A DNA stretch of 64,000 bases from Candidatus Latescibacterota bacterium (GTDB taxonomy: Bacteria; Latescibacterota; UBA2968; UBA8231), in contig CBDCXV010000001.1 of the NCBI GenBank assembly GCA_965223905.1, positions 1 to 64,000 of the forward strand, written 5' to 3'. How positions within the stretch are numbered: position 1 is the stretch's first letter; every line of letters starts with the position of its first letter. Of the stretch, positions 1 to 10,118 are shown in pieces. Both the position numbers and the translations under genes were made by a program. The notes beneath the pieces were generated by a model. The model had not been told where the DNA came from. It searched no databases and saw only the letters and a list, made by a program, of their open reading frames with translations.

Positions 1-2
1 AT

Positions 3-155
3 TCCTGGTCTGTCGAAACCCCCATGCCGGACAGGAAGGCCTGGATGGCGTCCGCCCTGGTGGACGGGCGCATCTTCGTGATGGGAGGGGCGTACAAGCT
101 CGCCGACGCCCCGGGGTACCGCTGGATAGAGGACCTGCACGAACTGGTGCCGTAG
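3..155 (+). CDS. Kelch-repeat protein, C-terminal part (5' end outside window)
   Basis: Manual translation SWSVETPMPDRKAWMASALVDGRIFVMGGAY...ELVP*. The W..MP..R and GRIFVMGG motifs are kelch-like. Confidence 0.7.
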   Translation, partial: SWSVETPMPDRKAWMASALVDGRIFVMGGAYKLADAPGYRWIEDLHELVP

Positions 156-716
156 GCAGGACGTCAGAGGGATTTGGGCACGGTCGCTGCCGGCTGCTGG
201 CGTCCCGCCCATTGCCGCGGCGCTTACCCGGGTTGCCTCGGGACCGCTCCTCCTTTGGCGGGCGGGATTTCCGCCCCGAAGAATGACCAGTGAGCAAACC
301 CCTGGAGGCGCTTGCCTCACCCGGCCGAAACTGCTCGTACGGAGCCTGCACCTCCATCTTCGGTAGCGGCGGAACCAGCCCGCCCTGCTTTACGGGGTAG
401 ATTCCTGGAAGCGCCCTACCCCGGCTTTGCCCGGACTCCCCGCATTTCCGCGCACCTGGGCTCTCCCCCGGGTCCCCCGGCGGGATCAGGTTACGGAAGG
501 GCCGGACGGTCGGGCTGCCGGTGCAAGCCGGTCACTCCCGGCAAGCCAAGTTTGCCTCGTCCCCGGGCTCCCAGTGTCCTGTCCCGGAAATGGATTGCAA
601 AAATTCGGCCCACCGAGGCACCCGGCTCGCAAGCCCTGAGCGAGTCGTACCGGGGAACCAGCATGGTGCTGTCAAGAAGCTGAATCCGGCGGCGCTCCCC
701 ATTTCTCCGGCAGGAC

Positions 717-1330
717 TCAAGAGGACGGATCCCCGGGGTGGAACCACTGCTCCCAGGTCGGGGCCAGGTACCCGGGTACGCCGTGCAGCTCGACGTCGGG
801 GTCAATCTGCACGGTACGCCGGTTGCCGGCGCCCTGACCGAGAAGCCGGGTGGAGCTGCCGGCCGACAGCTTCAGGAACCAGACCTTTCCTCCGAGGCCG
901 TCCGGAACAGGCACCGTCACCTCCCGCGGGGCGCCCCCCTGTGCGTACAGCACCTGGACGATCCGGTCCGGGGCGTTGATCTCGACCTGGAGCGCGTGGT
1001 TGGGGTCGGCGAGCTCGACGCGCACAAGGAACTCCTCCGTCCCCTCGGGAACGCCGAGGAACCAGTGCCGTCCCAGGGCGAGCATCAGCGAGAACCGGGC
1101 CCCGCCGTCGGCAGTGGGTGCGCCGGCCAGCACCGTCGGCATGCTCGGCTCGCTCCACCCGTACCAGCGCGGCGAGTCGACCTCGACCTCGTAGACGCCG
1201 GCGCCGGCCGCAGGCACCCTGATCGAAACCGGCTCCGGCGACGACCGGTGGGTGAACGACCCCTCCGCTTCCCCGAACTCTTCATCTTGCGGCCCCCTCG
1301 CCCGGAACGCAAGCGATTTCCCGGGTCGGC
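717..1330 (-). CDS. Hypothetical protein, probably a 5'-truncated fragment
   Basis: Only the last ~200 aa of ORF 717..2426 look protein-like (beta-rich, ends GVPGYLAPTWEQWF). No clear start. Confidence 0.45.
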
Positions 1331-1336
1331 AAGGGG

Positions 1337-2206
1337 TTACTCCTCTATCCATTTGGGCACGTCCCACGAGTTGAACCATTCCCATGCCCACTTCACCTTC
1401 TTCAAAGGCATCTCGACCTCGTACTGCACCGGTGCGGTGAACGGCAGCATGGTGGACCTGCCGCCGATCTGTTCGCGGAGATCTTCGAGGAAGGCGTTGA
1501 CGTCGGTCAGGTTGGGCGGCCAGTGGCCCACGGGGATCGGCTCGGTCTCGCGGTCCGTGCGGTAGTGGGTGGGCACCACGAAGCGGGGCTGCACCGCTTC
1601 GACCAGGGGTCCGATCGGGGTCTTCATGTGCACGAGATAGTCGACCCGTCCCCGCATCCGCTCGAGGGCGGGATAGGCCCCGTGCAGGTCGCCGGTGTGG
1701 AACACGGAGACGTCCCGCTCCGCGTGCACCACGTGGTAAGCGCAGGTGGGCAGGTCGGGCCGCGCGTTCTCGCCGCTTTCGTACACCTCGACCTGCAGCG
1801 GTCCGAGATCGAACTCGAAAGGTCCGGGGAACTCGCGGTGTCCGTTCTTCTTTTCGTCCTGGTATTTCGGGTAGGCAACCTGCACCTTGTCGGCGGGAAT
1901 GTGCTTGGTGATCGGCAGGTCGCGATCGAAGGCGGCGTAGCCGTATTTCGCGTGCACCGGCTCGTTCGGCGTCAGACAGCCGATCGGCACGAACAGCTTC
2001 TTGAAGCGGTCCCCCCGGCACAGCTTCTTCAGCGTCTTCGGATGGGCGTGGTCGAAGTGCTCGTGACTTATGAAGATGTAGTCGAAGATCGGCTCGGCCG
2101 CCTCGAGGTCGTCGCCGAACAGGTAGGGATCGAAGCAGATGTTGACATCCCCCATCAGCACGTCGAAGTGGCCGCACCCCGCCCATCGCAGATAGATGTT
2201 GTCCAT
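1337..2206 (-). CDS. MBL-fold metallo-hydrolase (UlaG/beta-lactamase-like)
   Basis: ISHEHFDH metal-binding motif, N-terminal FDPY, FHTGD and VPTHY. Confidence 0.85.
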   Translation of the reverse strand: MDNIYLRWAGCGHFDVLMGDVNICFDPYLFGDDLEAAEPIFDYIFISHEHFDHAHPKTLKKLCRGDRFKKLFVPIGCLTPNEPVHAKYGYAAFDRDLPITKHIPADKVQVAYPKYQDEKKNGHREFPGPFEFDLGPLQVEVYESGENARPDLPTCAYHVVHAERDVSVFHTGDLHGAYPALERMRGRVDYLVHMKTPIGPLVEAVQPRFVVPTHYRTDRETEPIPVGHWPPNLTDVNAFLEDLREQIGGRSTMLPFTAPVQYEVEMPLKKVKWAWEWFNSWDVPKWIEE

Positions 2207-2337
2207 CGGTTGTCCTCGTCTGGTAACCGGTTGCCGCGGAACGAAAGGTCGCCGCGGTCCGCGCTGACCCGCACGGGAAGCGGGAAGATGTAAGGGGCCG
2301 CTCGCGCGTCAAGCATGCGGCCGGCGTTTCTGGATGG

Positions 2338-2620
2338 TCAGCGGACGCCGCCGCTCCGGCTGGCTTCCAGGCGGCCGAAGGCCTCCCGGAAGGAGCGGGC
2401 GCAGCCCGGGAAGCGCTCGACCGCATCTTCCAGAACCTCGCGGGCGCGATCCGGCTGCCCTGCCATCATCAGGGCCCGCAGCAAGCCGCCGTAAGTGTGA
2501 TGGGCGTCCGGCGCCGCCTGCACGGCCCTGCGGTAGGCGCCGGCCAGGTCCATCCAGGGTTCGAGCCGCCCGGGAGCGCCGCGAGCCACGCGGAAGATCG
2601 GCAGCGCCCCGCGCGGGTCC
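2338..2620 (-). pseudogene. TPR-repeat protein C-terminal fragment
   Basis: AYRRAVQAAPD...YGGLLRALMMAGQPDRAREVLEDAVERFP is a TPR-like helix pair. No N-terminus. Confidence 0.45.
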
Positions 2621-2701
2621 CCGCCGCGGACCTCAGCGTGCCGAGGTTGAGCCAGGCCTGCCAGTGGGTGGAGTCGAGCTGGACCGCCCGCAGGTCAGGG
2701 C

Positions 2702-3178
2702 TTGGCGGGCTTCCCGGGGACGCCCCTGCCGGGCGGCTCGGGTATCGATTTCGATCACGTCAAAGGTTCGGCCGGGGACTATTTTCTGATCGAGACGATG
2801 GCTGCCGGCGGCGGCGGCGCCGACTTCGACGGCGACGGCCACCTCGACCTCTACCTGGTGAACGGATTCGATCTCGGCGCAATCCACTCCCGACTGACCA
2901 GTCGAGAGCAGGGTGGGGGACACCTGGTGGACGCGCGGGCAATGGAAGCGCGCGGGTCAGCCCCGGCCGACCCCGACAGCTACGCCGTGCAGCTGGCCCC
3001 GGCTGCCGGGGTCCAGGGGCTGGAGGAGGAGGCGCCCCGTATCCGCGGCATCCTCAACATGATCCGCAGGAAGGAACTCTTCAACGGGTACATCGAAGAG
3101 CTGCGGGTACAGTACGCCGGTGAGGTCCGAATCGACGAGGCGGCCCTGTCCCGCATACGCCTTCCGGAAGAAGGCTGA
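2702..3178 (+). pseudogene. Chimeric remnant: FG-GAP/CRTAC1 N-terminus joined to a PPIase (SurA/PrsA-like) C-terminus
   Basis: GIDFDH...YFLIETMAAGGGGADFDGDGHLDLYLVNG, followed by ELFNGYIEELRVQYAGEVRIDEAAL. Confidence 0.5.
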
Positions 3179-3422
3179 ACACCCTTGCCCATCGATCCCG
3201 GTATCGAGCTGAACGGCTGTTGCCGGTTCCCGGCGGCGCCCCGGAGCAGTGGGTCCGGGCTGACCAATAGCCCTGTCCCCAAATTCTCTTGCCATACTTC
3301 CGCCGATCCATTCGAGGGAAAAATCGCGGCTCAATGAAATCTTCCTCCGCCCGGTTTTTTCCCTCAATCCCGCCTCGCGGCCGAATCCCTGCAATCCATC
3401 TCCTGGACAGGACGCCAGCGCC

Positions 3423-5357
3423 GTGATCCTCCGATTCCGGGCGTTCCTGATCGGGGCGGCATTGTGCGCCACCATCGGCACCAGCGCCATCTACGCCAAC
3501 ACCATTATCCGCGGCAGTTTCGTCGCCTGGTGCTTCAGCAACCCGATCGCCCTCTTCTTCTTCTTCTATCTCGTCCTGGGCAACGTCCTCGTCGGCCTCG
3601 CGGCGCGCCGCTTCGCCCTGCGCCGCGAGGAGCTCGTCCTCATCTTCGCGATGATGTTCGTGTCGGCCTCGCTGCCGACCTTCGGCCTCGTCGAGCACCT
3701 GCTGCCGATGATCACCGGCGTTTTCTACTACGCGACCCCGGAGAACGGCTGGGTCGACCTCATCCAGCCGATGGTCCCCGGGTGGATCGCACCCAGCGAG
3801 GCGGGGGTGATCCGCGGGTTCTACGAGGGGCTTCCGCAGGGGGAGGGGATCCCCTGGGGCGGATGGATGGTATCGCTGTCGGCCTGGCTCCTGTTCCTGC
3901 TGTCCCTGCACCTGGTCTCCATCTGCCTGATGGTGCTGCTGCGCAAGCAGTGGATCCAGGGGGAGCGCCTGCTCTACCCGATGATGCAGGCACCCATCGA
4001 GCTGGTCGCCTCGGAGCCGGACAGCGGCTCCCTGGCGGCGGTCCCGCCCCTGCTGCGACGGTCGCTGTTCTGGATCGGCTTCGCCCTGCCGGTATTCATC
4101 GGGTCGATCAACGGCCTCAGTCACTACTCCCCCTATTTCAGGGGCCTCGGCCTGAGCACGGGGTTCTCCGTTCTCGGCGTCAGCGTGCCGGTGCAGGTCT
4201 CCTTCTCGCTGCTGGGGTTCTCCTACTTCATCAGCCAGCCGCTCGGACTCGGCATCTGGGTCTTCTATCTCCTGACGATCATCGAGCGCGGGGCCTTCCA
4301 CACTCTCGGCATCGCCAGCACCGAGAAGCTCGGGTGGTTCTCCAACCCCGAGGCCCCCTACCTGACCCACCAGGCCCTCGGGGCGATGCTGATGTTCGCG
4401 CTGTTCACCCTGTGGAAGGCGCGCACCCACCTGCGCCAGGTGGTGCGCAAGGCGTTCACCGGGGACCCCGGTATCGACGACAGCGAGGAGATCATCTCCT
4501 ACCGCGGCGCCCTCTTCGGCCTCATCGGCGGCCTCGCGGTGATGACGGTGTGGCTCAACGCCGCCGGCATCCCCCTGTGGGTCGTTCCCCTCTTTCTCGC
4601 CGTCGCCTTTCTCATCTTCATCGCCCTCAGCCGCATCGTCGTCGAGGCCGGTGTGGCCCTGGTGCGCGCGCCCCTCATCGCCCCGGACTTCATCATGGCC
4701 AGCATGGGGGTGTCGCGGCTGGGAGGATCCGGCCTGACCGGGCTGGCCTACTGCTATCCCTGGACCGCCGACATCGTCACCTTCCCGATGGCTTCGTGCG
4801 CCAACAACCTCAAGCTGATCGAGGAGACGGTGGCGGGGCCGCATCGCAGGCCGTTCTTCTGGGCGATGATGCTGGGGATACTGGTGACCCTGGTCTCCTC
4901 GTTCTGGATCGTCATCCACCTGTCGTACTCGTACGGCGGCATCAACCTGCACGACTGGTGGTGGCGCTACTCGTCGGAGTTCCCTCTCACCTATCTCGCG
5001 CAGATGCTGAACAGTCCGGCGACCACCGACTTCTGGGGCTGGATGTTCACCCTCTTCGGCGCCGGCATGATGTGGCTGATGATGATCTGCCAGCTGCGCT
5101 TCGTCTCCTGGCCCCTGCATCCCCTCGGGCTCGCCATGGGAGGCACGGTGTTCACTTCCGGCGTAATGTGGTTCAACGTGTTTCTCGCCTGGCTGATCAA
5201 GGGCTGGGTGCTGAGGTACGGCGGCAGCGCCGCCTACAGGAGCCTGCGCTCGTTCTTCATCGGCATGATCCTGGGGGCTTTCGTCGTCTCGGGAACCTGG
5301 CTCGTCATCGACCACTTCACCGGCATGACCAACAACTCCGTCCTCGGCTGGCAGTGA
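3423..5357 (+). CDS. DUF6785/DUF6784-type polytopic membrane protein (OPT-like putative transporter)
   Basis: 644 aa with many TM helices. Motifs LRKQWIQGERLLYP, SRIVVEAG, WPLHPLG and LRYGG..Y. Confidence 0.8.
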   Translation: MILRFRAFLIGAALCATIGTSAIYANTIIRGSFVAWCFSNPIALFFFFYLVLGNVLVGLAARRFALRREELVLIFAMMFVSASLPTFGLVEHLLPMITGVFYYATPENGWVDLIQPMVPGWIAPSEAGVIRGFYEGLPQGEGIPWGGWMVSLSAWLLFLLSLHLVSICLMVLLRKQWIQGERLLYPMMQAPIELVASEPDSGSLAAVPPLLRRSLFWIGFALPVFIGSINGLSHYSPYFRGLGLSTGFSVLGVSVPVQVSFSLLGFSYFISQPLGLGIWVFYLLTIIERGAFHTLGIASTEKLGWFSNPEAPYLTHQALGAMLMFALFTLWKARTHLRQVVRKAFTGDPGIDDSEEIISYRGALFGLIGGLAVMTVWLNAAGIPLWVVPLFLAVAFLIFIALSRIVVEAGVALVRAPLIAPDFIMASMGVSRLGGSGLTGLAYCYPWTADIVTFPMASCANNLKLIEETVAGPHRRPFFWAMMLGILVTLVSSFWIVIHLSYSYGGINLHDWWWRYSSEFPLTYLAQMLNSPATTDFWGWMFTLFGAGMMWLMMICQLRFVSWPLHPLGLAMGGTVFTSGVMWFNVFLAWLIKGWVLRYGGSAAYRSLRSFFIGMILGAFVVSGTWLVIDHFTGMTNNSVLGWQ

Positions 5358-5390
5358 CCGGCGCCTGAGAAGTGCGGTGACGGCACCGGG

Positions 5391-5621
5391 TCAGTACAGT
5401 TCCTCGCGCCGCAGGGCGAAGCCGCGTGCCAGGGCGGCGATGAGAAGATTCCCCAGCACGAGGTAGAAGAACAGGAAGAGCGCCACCGGGTTGCTGAAGC
5501 ACCAGGCCATGAACGTGCCCTGAACGATGGCGTTTCCGTATATCGTTCCGACCCCGATGAACAGACAAAGGGCGGCTCCCAGCAGGAAGGCCCGCGCGGA
5601 GACCGGTTCGGAGGACGCCGT
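5391..5621 (-). pseudogene. Truncated paralog of the DUF6785 gene N-terminus
   Basis: Translates RAFLLGAALCLFIGVGTIYGNAIVQGTFMAWCFSNPVALFLFFYLVLGNLLIAALARGFALRREELY*, which aligns with the first ~70 aa of 3423..5357. Confidence 0.85.
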
Positions 5622-6010
5622 CCGGCCCCTTCCGCTCCTGGAAATCCAGGACAGAGGGAATGCGCCTGGAAAACGGAGGCGGGCTGTCAGGTTGCGGTTT
5701 CAGGGTGGACATGGATGGTGGGGGGGGCTGCTACCGTTCCGGGTCAGTGGAACGGCTCGCCCTGCGCACAGATATAACCCCTGGCTGTGGCTTTTGCGAG
5801 GATTGTTGGCATGTTTCCCCTGCCGCCGGAAGCGGACAGCGTCGGAAACACTTGGCCGGGGGGAACGCTGCAGCGGCTCTTGGACGCGTCGTCGACGAGG
5901 GGCTGGTAGTCCGGGAAAGGGGGGCGCCGCCTCAGTCGAGGTAGTGCAGATCGCGCGGTCGATGATCACCATGGCATCGGTTCGTAAATCCATTTGAAAG
6001 GGAAGCGAAA

Positions 6011-6823
6011 ATGACCGATTCAGCCATCGAAGCGCACTTCCGCGAGCTCGACGAGCAGGGCTTCACCATCCTCGAGGGGATGCTCGACCGGCGCCGGATC
6101 GACGAGGCGGTCGAGGCGCTGCGCGCCAGCTATGAGGAAGAGCGCTCGGAAGAACACGAACCGGGGGCCAGGCGCACCCACAACCTGACCGCGCGCGCCG
6201 AGGTGTTCCGCGAGATCATCCAGTTGCCGCGGCTGGTCGCCTGCATGGAGTACCTGCTGGGCTCCGACTACATCCTCTCCGACATGGGGGCGCGCTCGCC
6301 GCTGCCGGGAATGGAGGCGCAGGGGCTGCACCGGGACGGCGGCCCCTTCGTTCCCAACCCTCCCTTCAACGTCCACGCCGCGTTTCCCACCATGGCGCAG
6401 TCGCTGATCGCGCTGTCGGAGTTCACCCTCGAGAACGGCGCTACGCGCTTCGTGCCCGGCTCCCACAACAGGGATATCGACCCGAAGTCGGTGCCCCCCG
6501 AAGAGGAGCGGATGTTCATCTGCCGGCCGGGAACGATACTGGTCTTCGACGCCCGCCTGCTGCACGGCGGCGGCGTCAACAGGACGGGGGAGATCCGCTA
6601 CGCCATTCAGGGGTTCTGCTGCCGCAGCACGGTGAAGCCCTTCTGCGACCACACGCGCTCGACGCCGCCCGAGGTCGTCGCCGCGGCCACGCCGCTGCTG
6701 CGCCGGCTGCTCGGGTTCGAGTGCCAGTCCGCCTGGGAGGAATCGCCGCGCGATTTCAAAATCGTCGACGCCCCGGGAGCCAGGCCGAGGTTCGAGTACC
6801 GGGGCGCCGGAGCGCGGCGGTAG
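6011..6823 (+). CDS. Phytanoyl-CoA dioxygenase (PhyH) family protein
   Basis: LHRD (HxD), ENGATRFVPGSH and LLHGGGVN..R. Confidence 0.9.
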   Translation: MTDSAIEAHFRELDEQGFTILEGMLDRRRIDEAVEALRASYEEERSEEHEPGARRTHNLTARAEVFREIIQLPRLVACMEYLLGSDYILSDMGARSPLPGMEAQGLHRDGGPFVPNPPFNVHAAFPTMAQSLIALSEFTLENGATRFVPGSHNRDIDPKSVPPEEERMFICRPGTILVFDARLLHGGGVNRTGEIRYAIQGFCCRSTVKPFCDHTRSTPPEVVAAATPLLRRLLGFECQSAWEESPRDFKIVDAPGARPRFEYRGAGARR

Positions 6824-7015
6824 TGTGGGCAAGGCGGCCCCCCGGCGGACCTGCAGGACGGGGGCCGTAGTTGGGAAAACCCGGTCAAGACCCTTGACCC
6901 TGCAACAGGATCGCCCTTTCGCCCGGAGTTGCTCACCCGGGCCGCGGCCTCGCCCCACCGGTTGCCGGAAATGTTATTTTCCCTTTCCGGCTACAACACC
7001 GAACGAGGAGGAAAG

Positions 7016-7978
7016 ATGCAACTGAGCGCAGGACAACTCGCCCATTTTGACGAGCAGGGGTACCTGATCGCCGAGGACGTCCTCGAGGACGGCGATCTCG
7101 ACCCCGTGATCCGCGACTACGCCGATCACATCGACCGCCGTTCCCGCGACCTGCACGCCGCCGGCAAGCTTTCGAGGACCTTCGAGGAGGAGCCGTTCGA
7201 ACGCCGCCTGGCGCGCATCTGCGAGGAGAACACCGAGATCTACGACGACATCGACATCCCGGCTTTCCGCGGCCGCGGGGTGTTCGAGTTCCTCCGCAAC
7301 GACCACCTGATGGACGTCGTCGAACCGATAGTCGGACCGGAGATCATCTGCAGTCCCATCCAGCATACCCGCGCCAAGCTGCCGCAGTCGTTGGTTCCGG
7401 ACACGGACGACGGCGATGCCGAGGCGGAGAAGCGCAAGGGGATGGTGAGCGGGAACGTCGCCCCATGGCACCAGGACGCCCAGGTGCACCAGGAGGTAGC
7501 CGACTCGACCTTCATCCTCACCGTCTGGATCCCCCTGGTGGACGCCACCCCGGAAAACGGCTGTTTGCAGATCGTCCCGGGGATCCACAGGGAGCGGACG
7601 GTGCTGTGGTGGAAGGGCCCGGGTTGGGGGATCGACGACGAGGACCTCGAGAGCCGCGAGGTCGTGACCCTGCCCATGCGCAAGGGCAGCGTCCTTCTCC
7701 TGCACAAGCTGATCCCCCACCGCTCGACGCCGAACCTCACCGACGGCATCCGCTGGAGCATGGACCTGCGATATCAAAAAACCGGCACCCCGACCGGGCG
7801 CGAGCTCTACCCCCACTTCGTCACCCGCAGCCGCTCGCGCCCCGAAACCAAATACACCGACTACGAAGACTGGTGCCGGCGCTGGATCGAAATCCTCGGC
7901 AAGGTGCCGCTCGGTTCCCACCCGATCAGGGAAACGCCGCTGACGGAACATGCCTCCGTGTCGATAGAAACCCGATGA
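7016..7978 (+). CDS. PhyH family dioxygenase
   Basis: WHQD, ENGCLQIVPGIH and HRSTPN...RWSMDLRY. RBS GAGGAG lies before ATG 7016. Confidence 0.9.
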   Translation: MQLSAGQLAHFDEQGYLIAEDVLEDGDLDPVIRDYADHIDRRSRDLHAAGKLSRTFEEEPFERRLARICEENTEIYDDIDIPAFRGRGVFEFLRNDHLMDVVEPIVGPEIICSPIQHTRAKLPQSLVPDTDDGDAEAEKRKGMVSGNVAPWHQDAQVHQEVADSTFILTVWIPLVDATPENGCLQIVPGIHRERTVLWWKGPGWGIDDEDLESREVVTLPMRKGSVLLLHKLIPHRSTPNLTDGIRWSMDLRYQKTGTPTGRELYPHFVTRSRSRPETKYTDYEDWCRRWIEILGKVPLGSHPIRETPLTEHASVSIETR

Positions 7979-7982
7979 AGAG

Positions 7983-8645
7983 ATGAACGAGACCCTGCGT
8001 TTGACCATGCTGTCCGGCTCCTTCGAGTACGACTCGGAGGATTCGCTGACGGTGCTGCGCGACTACCTGCGCTACCATTCTCCGGCGATCTCCGCGACCC
8101 TGATCGCCTACCGGAGCGAGGACGACGATCCTTCGCTGCAACTGCTCGAGGAGGAGACCGACGTCCTTCTGGTCTTCACCCGCCGCCTCAACACCACCGG
8201 AGCCGAGCTGGATCGTTTCAGGCAGTACTGCGCGGCCGGCAAGCCGATCGTCGGGGTGCGCACAGCCAGCCACGCCTACCAGAACTGGCTGGAGTTCGAC
8301 CGCGAGGTCCTCGGCGGCAGCTACGACGGCCACTACGGCAGCGGCGTGGCCGCCCGCGTCGAGATCGCGGACGAGGCGGCCGGTCACCCGGTCCTGAAGG
8401 GAGTCGAGCCGTTCGAATCCCGGGGAAGCCTGTACAGGAACACGCCGATTTCCGGCGACGCCGAGCTGCTCCTCAGCGGCCGCACCGCGGAGCATTTCGA
8501 GCCGGCCGCCTGGACGCGAAGGCACGGCAGCGGGCGCCGCGGCCGCATCTTCTACACTTCGCTGGGGCACCAGAAGGATTTCTGGGAGCTCGATTTCCTG
8601 CGCCTGATCGACAACGCCGTCAACTGGGTGGGAGGCACCGAATGA
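7983..8645 (+). CDS. ThuA-like domain protein
   Basis: GKPIVGVRTASHAY, PAAWTR and GRIFYTSLGH. Confidence 0.85.
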   Translation: MNETLRLTMLSGSFEYDSEDSLTVLRDYLRYHSPAISATLIAYRSEDDDPSLQLLEEETDVLLVFTRRLNTTGAELDRFRQYCAAGKPIVGVRTASHAYQNWLEFDREVLGGSYDGHYGSGVAARVEIADEAAGHPVLKGVEPFESRGSLYRNTPISGDAELLLSGRTAEHFEPAAWTRRHGSGRRGRIFYTSLGHQKDFWELDFLRLIDNAVNWVGGTE

Positions 8646-9796
8646 AAATCGCCGAGGTCAAGTGGTTTCCGGTCTGGGCCGGCGGCCGCAATCAGATGAT
8701 CGTCAGGATCGAGACCGACACCGGGCTTTTCGGCCTGGGAGAGTCCGGCGTCAGCGGGCGGGAGCTGGCCGTGGCCGGCGCCCTGCGCCATTACCGGGAG
8801 TTCCTTCTCGGACGCGACCCGAGGCGCATCGGCGCCCTCTGGCAGGAGCTCTACCGCGGCCAGTACTTCGAGGGCGGCCGCATCCTTACCGGGGCGATCT
8901 CCGCCATCGACATCGCCCTGCACGACGTCGTCGCCCGCAGCCTCGGGATTCCGGTGTACCAGCTGCTCGGGGGAGCCCACCGCGACCGCATCCCCGGGTT
9001 CCCGACCAGCTTCGGCCTCGACGGCCCGCAGGCGGTCGAGGGAGCCCGCCGGCTCATCGCCGAGGGCTGGAACGTGATCCGCTTCGGCCCGGCCGAGGGG
9101 AACAGCTCCGACCCGGGCGACGAGCAGCTGTACGAGCCGCGCCACTCGATCGCCCTGTCCGCCGAGTGGATCACCGCGGTGCGCGAGGAGGTGGGAAACG
9201 GACCGGTTCTGGGCATCGACTACCACCACCGGCTCAACGTCGCCGAGACCGCCTCCTTCTGCCAGATGATTCCACCGGGAACGCTGGATTTTCTCGAGGA
9301 GCCGATCCGCGACGAATCCCCGGAAGCCTACGCCGCCCTGCGCGGGATGACCCCGGTGCCGTTCGCCATCGGCGAGGAGTTTTCGAGCAAGTGGGCGTTC
9401 CTGCCGTACATCGAGCGCGGGCTGACGAACTTCGCCCGCGTCGACGTCTGCAACGTCGGCGGCCTCACCGAGGCGATGAAGGTCGCCGGCTGGTGCGAAG
9501 CCCATTACATCGACATGATGCCGCACAACCCGCTGGGGCCGGTCAGCACCGCCGCCCACATCCACTTCGGGGCCGCGGTGCCCAACTTCGCCTGGCTCGA
9601 GGTGCGGGAGCGGGAGTTCCTTTTCGAGGAGGACCTGTTCCCGAAACAGCACCGCCTCGAAGGCACCTCCTTCCCGCTGCCCGAGGGACCGGGGCTCGGG
9701 GTGGAGTTCAACGAGGAGCTCGCCGCCGAGCAGGAGTGGAAGTTCTGGGAGGCGCCGCACCTGCACCGGCGCGACGGCTCGTACACAAACTGGTAG
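8642..9796 (+). CDS. Mandelate racemase/enolase-superfamily dehydratase (galactonate dehydratase-like)
   Basis: AISAIDIALHD, IDYHHR, FLEEP, IGEE and PHNP. Confidence 0.9.
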   Translation: MKIAEVKWFPVWAGGRNQMIVRIETDTGLFGLGESGVSGRELAVAGALRHYREFLLGRDPRRIGALWQELYRGQYFEGGRILTGAISAIDIALHDVVARSLGIPVYQLLGGAHRDRIPGFPTSFGLDGPQAVEGARRLIAEGWNVIRFGPAEGNSSDPGDEQLYEPRHSIALSAEWITAVREEVGNGPVLGIDYHHRLNVAETASFCQMIPPGTLDFLEEPIRDESPEAYAALRGMTPVPFAIGEEFSSKWAFLPYIERGLTNFARVDVCNVGGLTEAMKVAGWCEAHYIDMMPHNPLGPVSTAAHIHFGAAVPNFAWLEVREREFLFEEDLFPKQHRLEGTSFPLPEGPGLGVEFNEELAAEQEWKFWEAPHLHRRDGSYTNW

Positions 9797-10118
9797 CCAA
9801 TCTTCCCAGCAGTGGGATTGGCTCAGTGCCAGGCCAGAGGTTGCATTTCCCGTATAGGTCTGCGGATCGGTAGCAATTCTCCCAACGGGGGATTGCAATC
9901 TCCCCAAACCGGGGGATCGGCGAGGGTCCGAGCCGGGGACGGGCGTTTTCGGTGCGGATCTTTCCTCGTCACCGCCATCGCCCGATACGGGTCGCTTCCC
10001 GGGGTGGGGGGCAGGCACTGAATTGCCTGCCGCGGGTCCGAGGGCCCGGAGGGACGGGATCTGACCGGTCTTTGCCGGACAGACAGGGAACGGCGGGAAC
10101 CGGACCTCGGCGCGCGGA

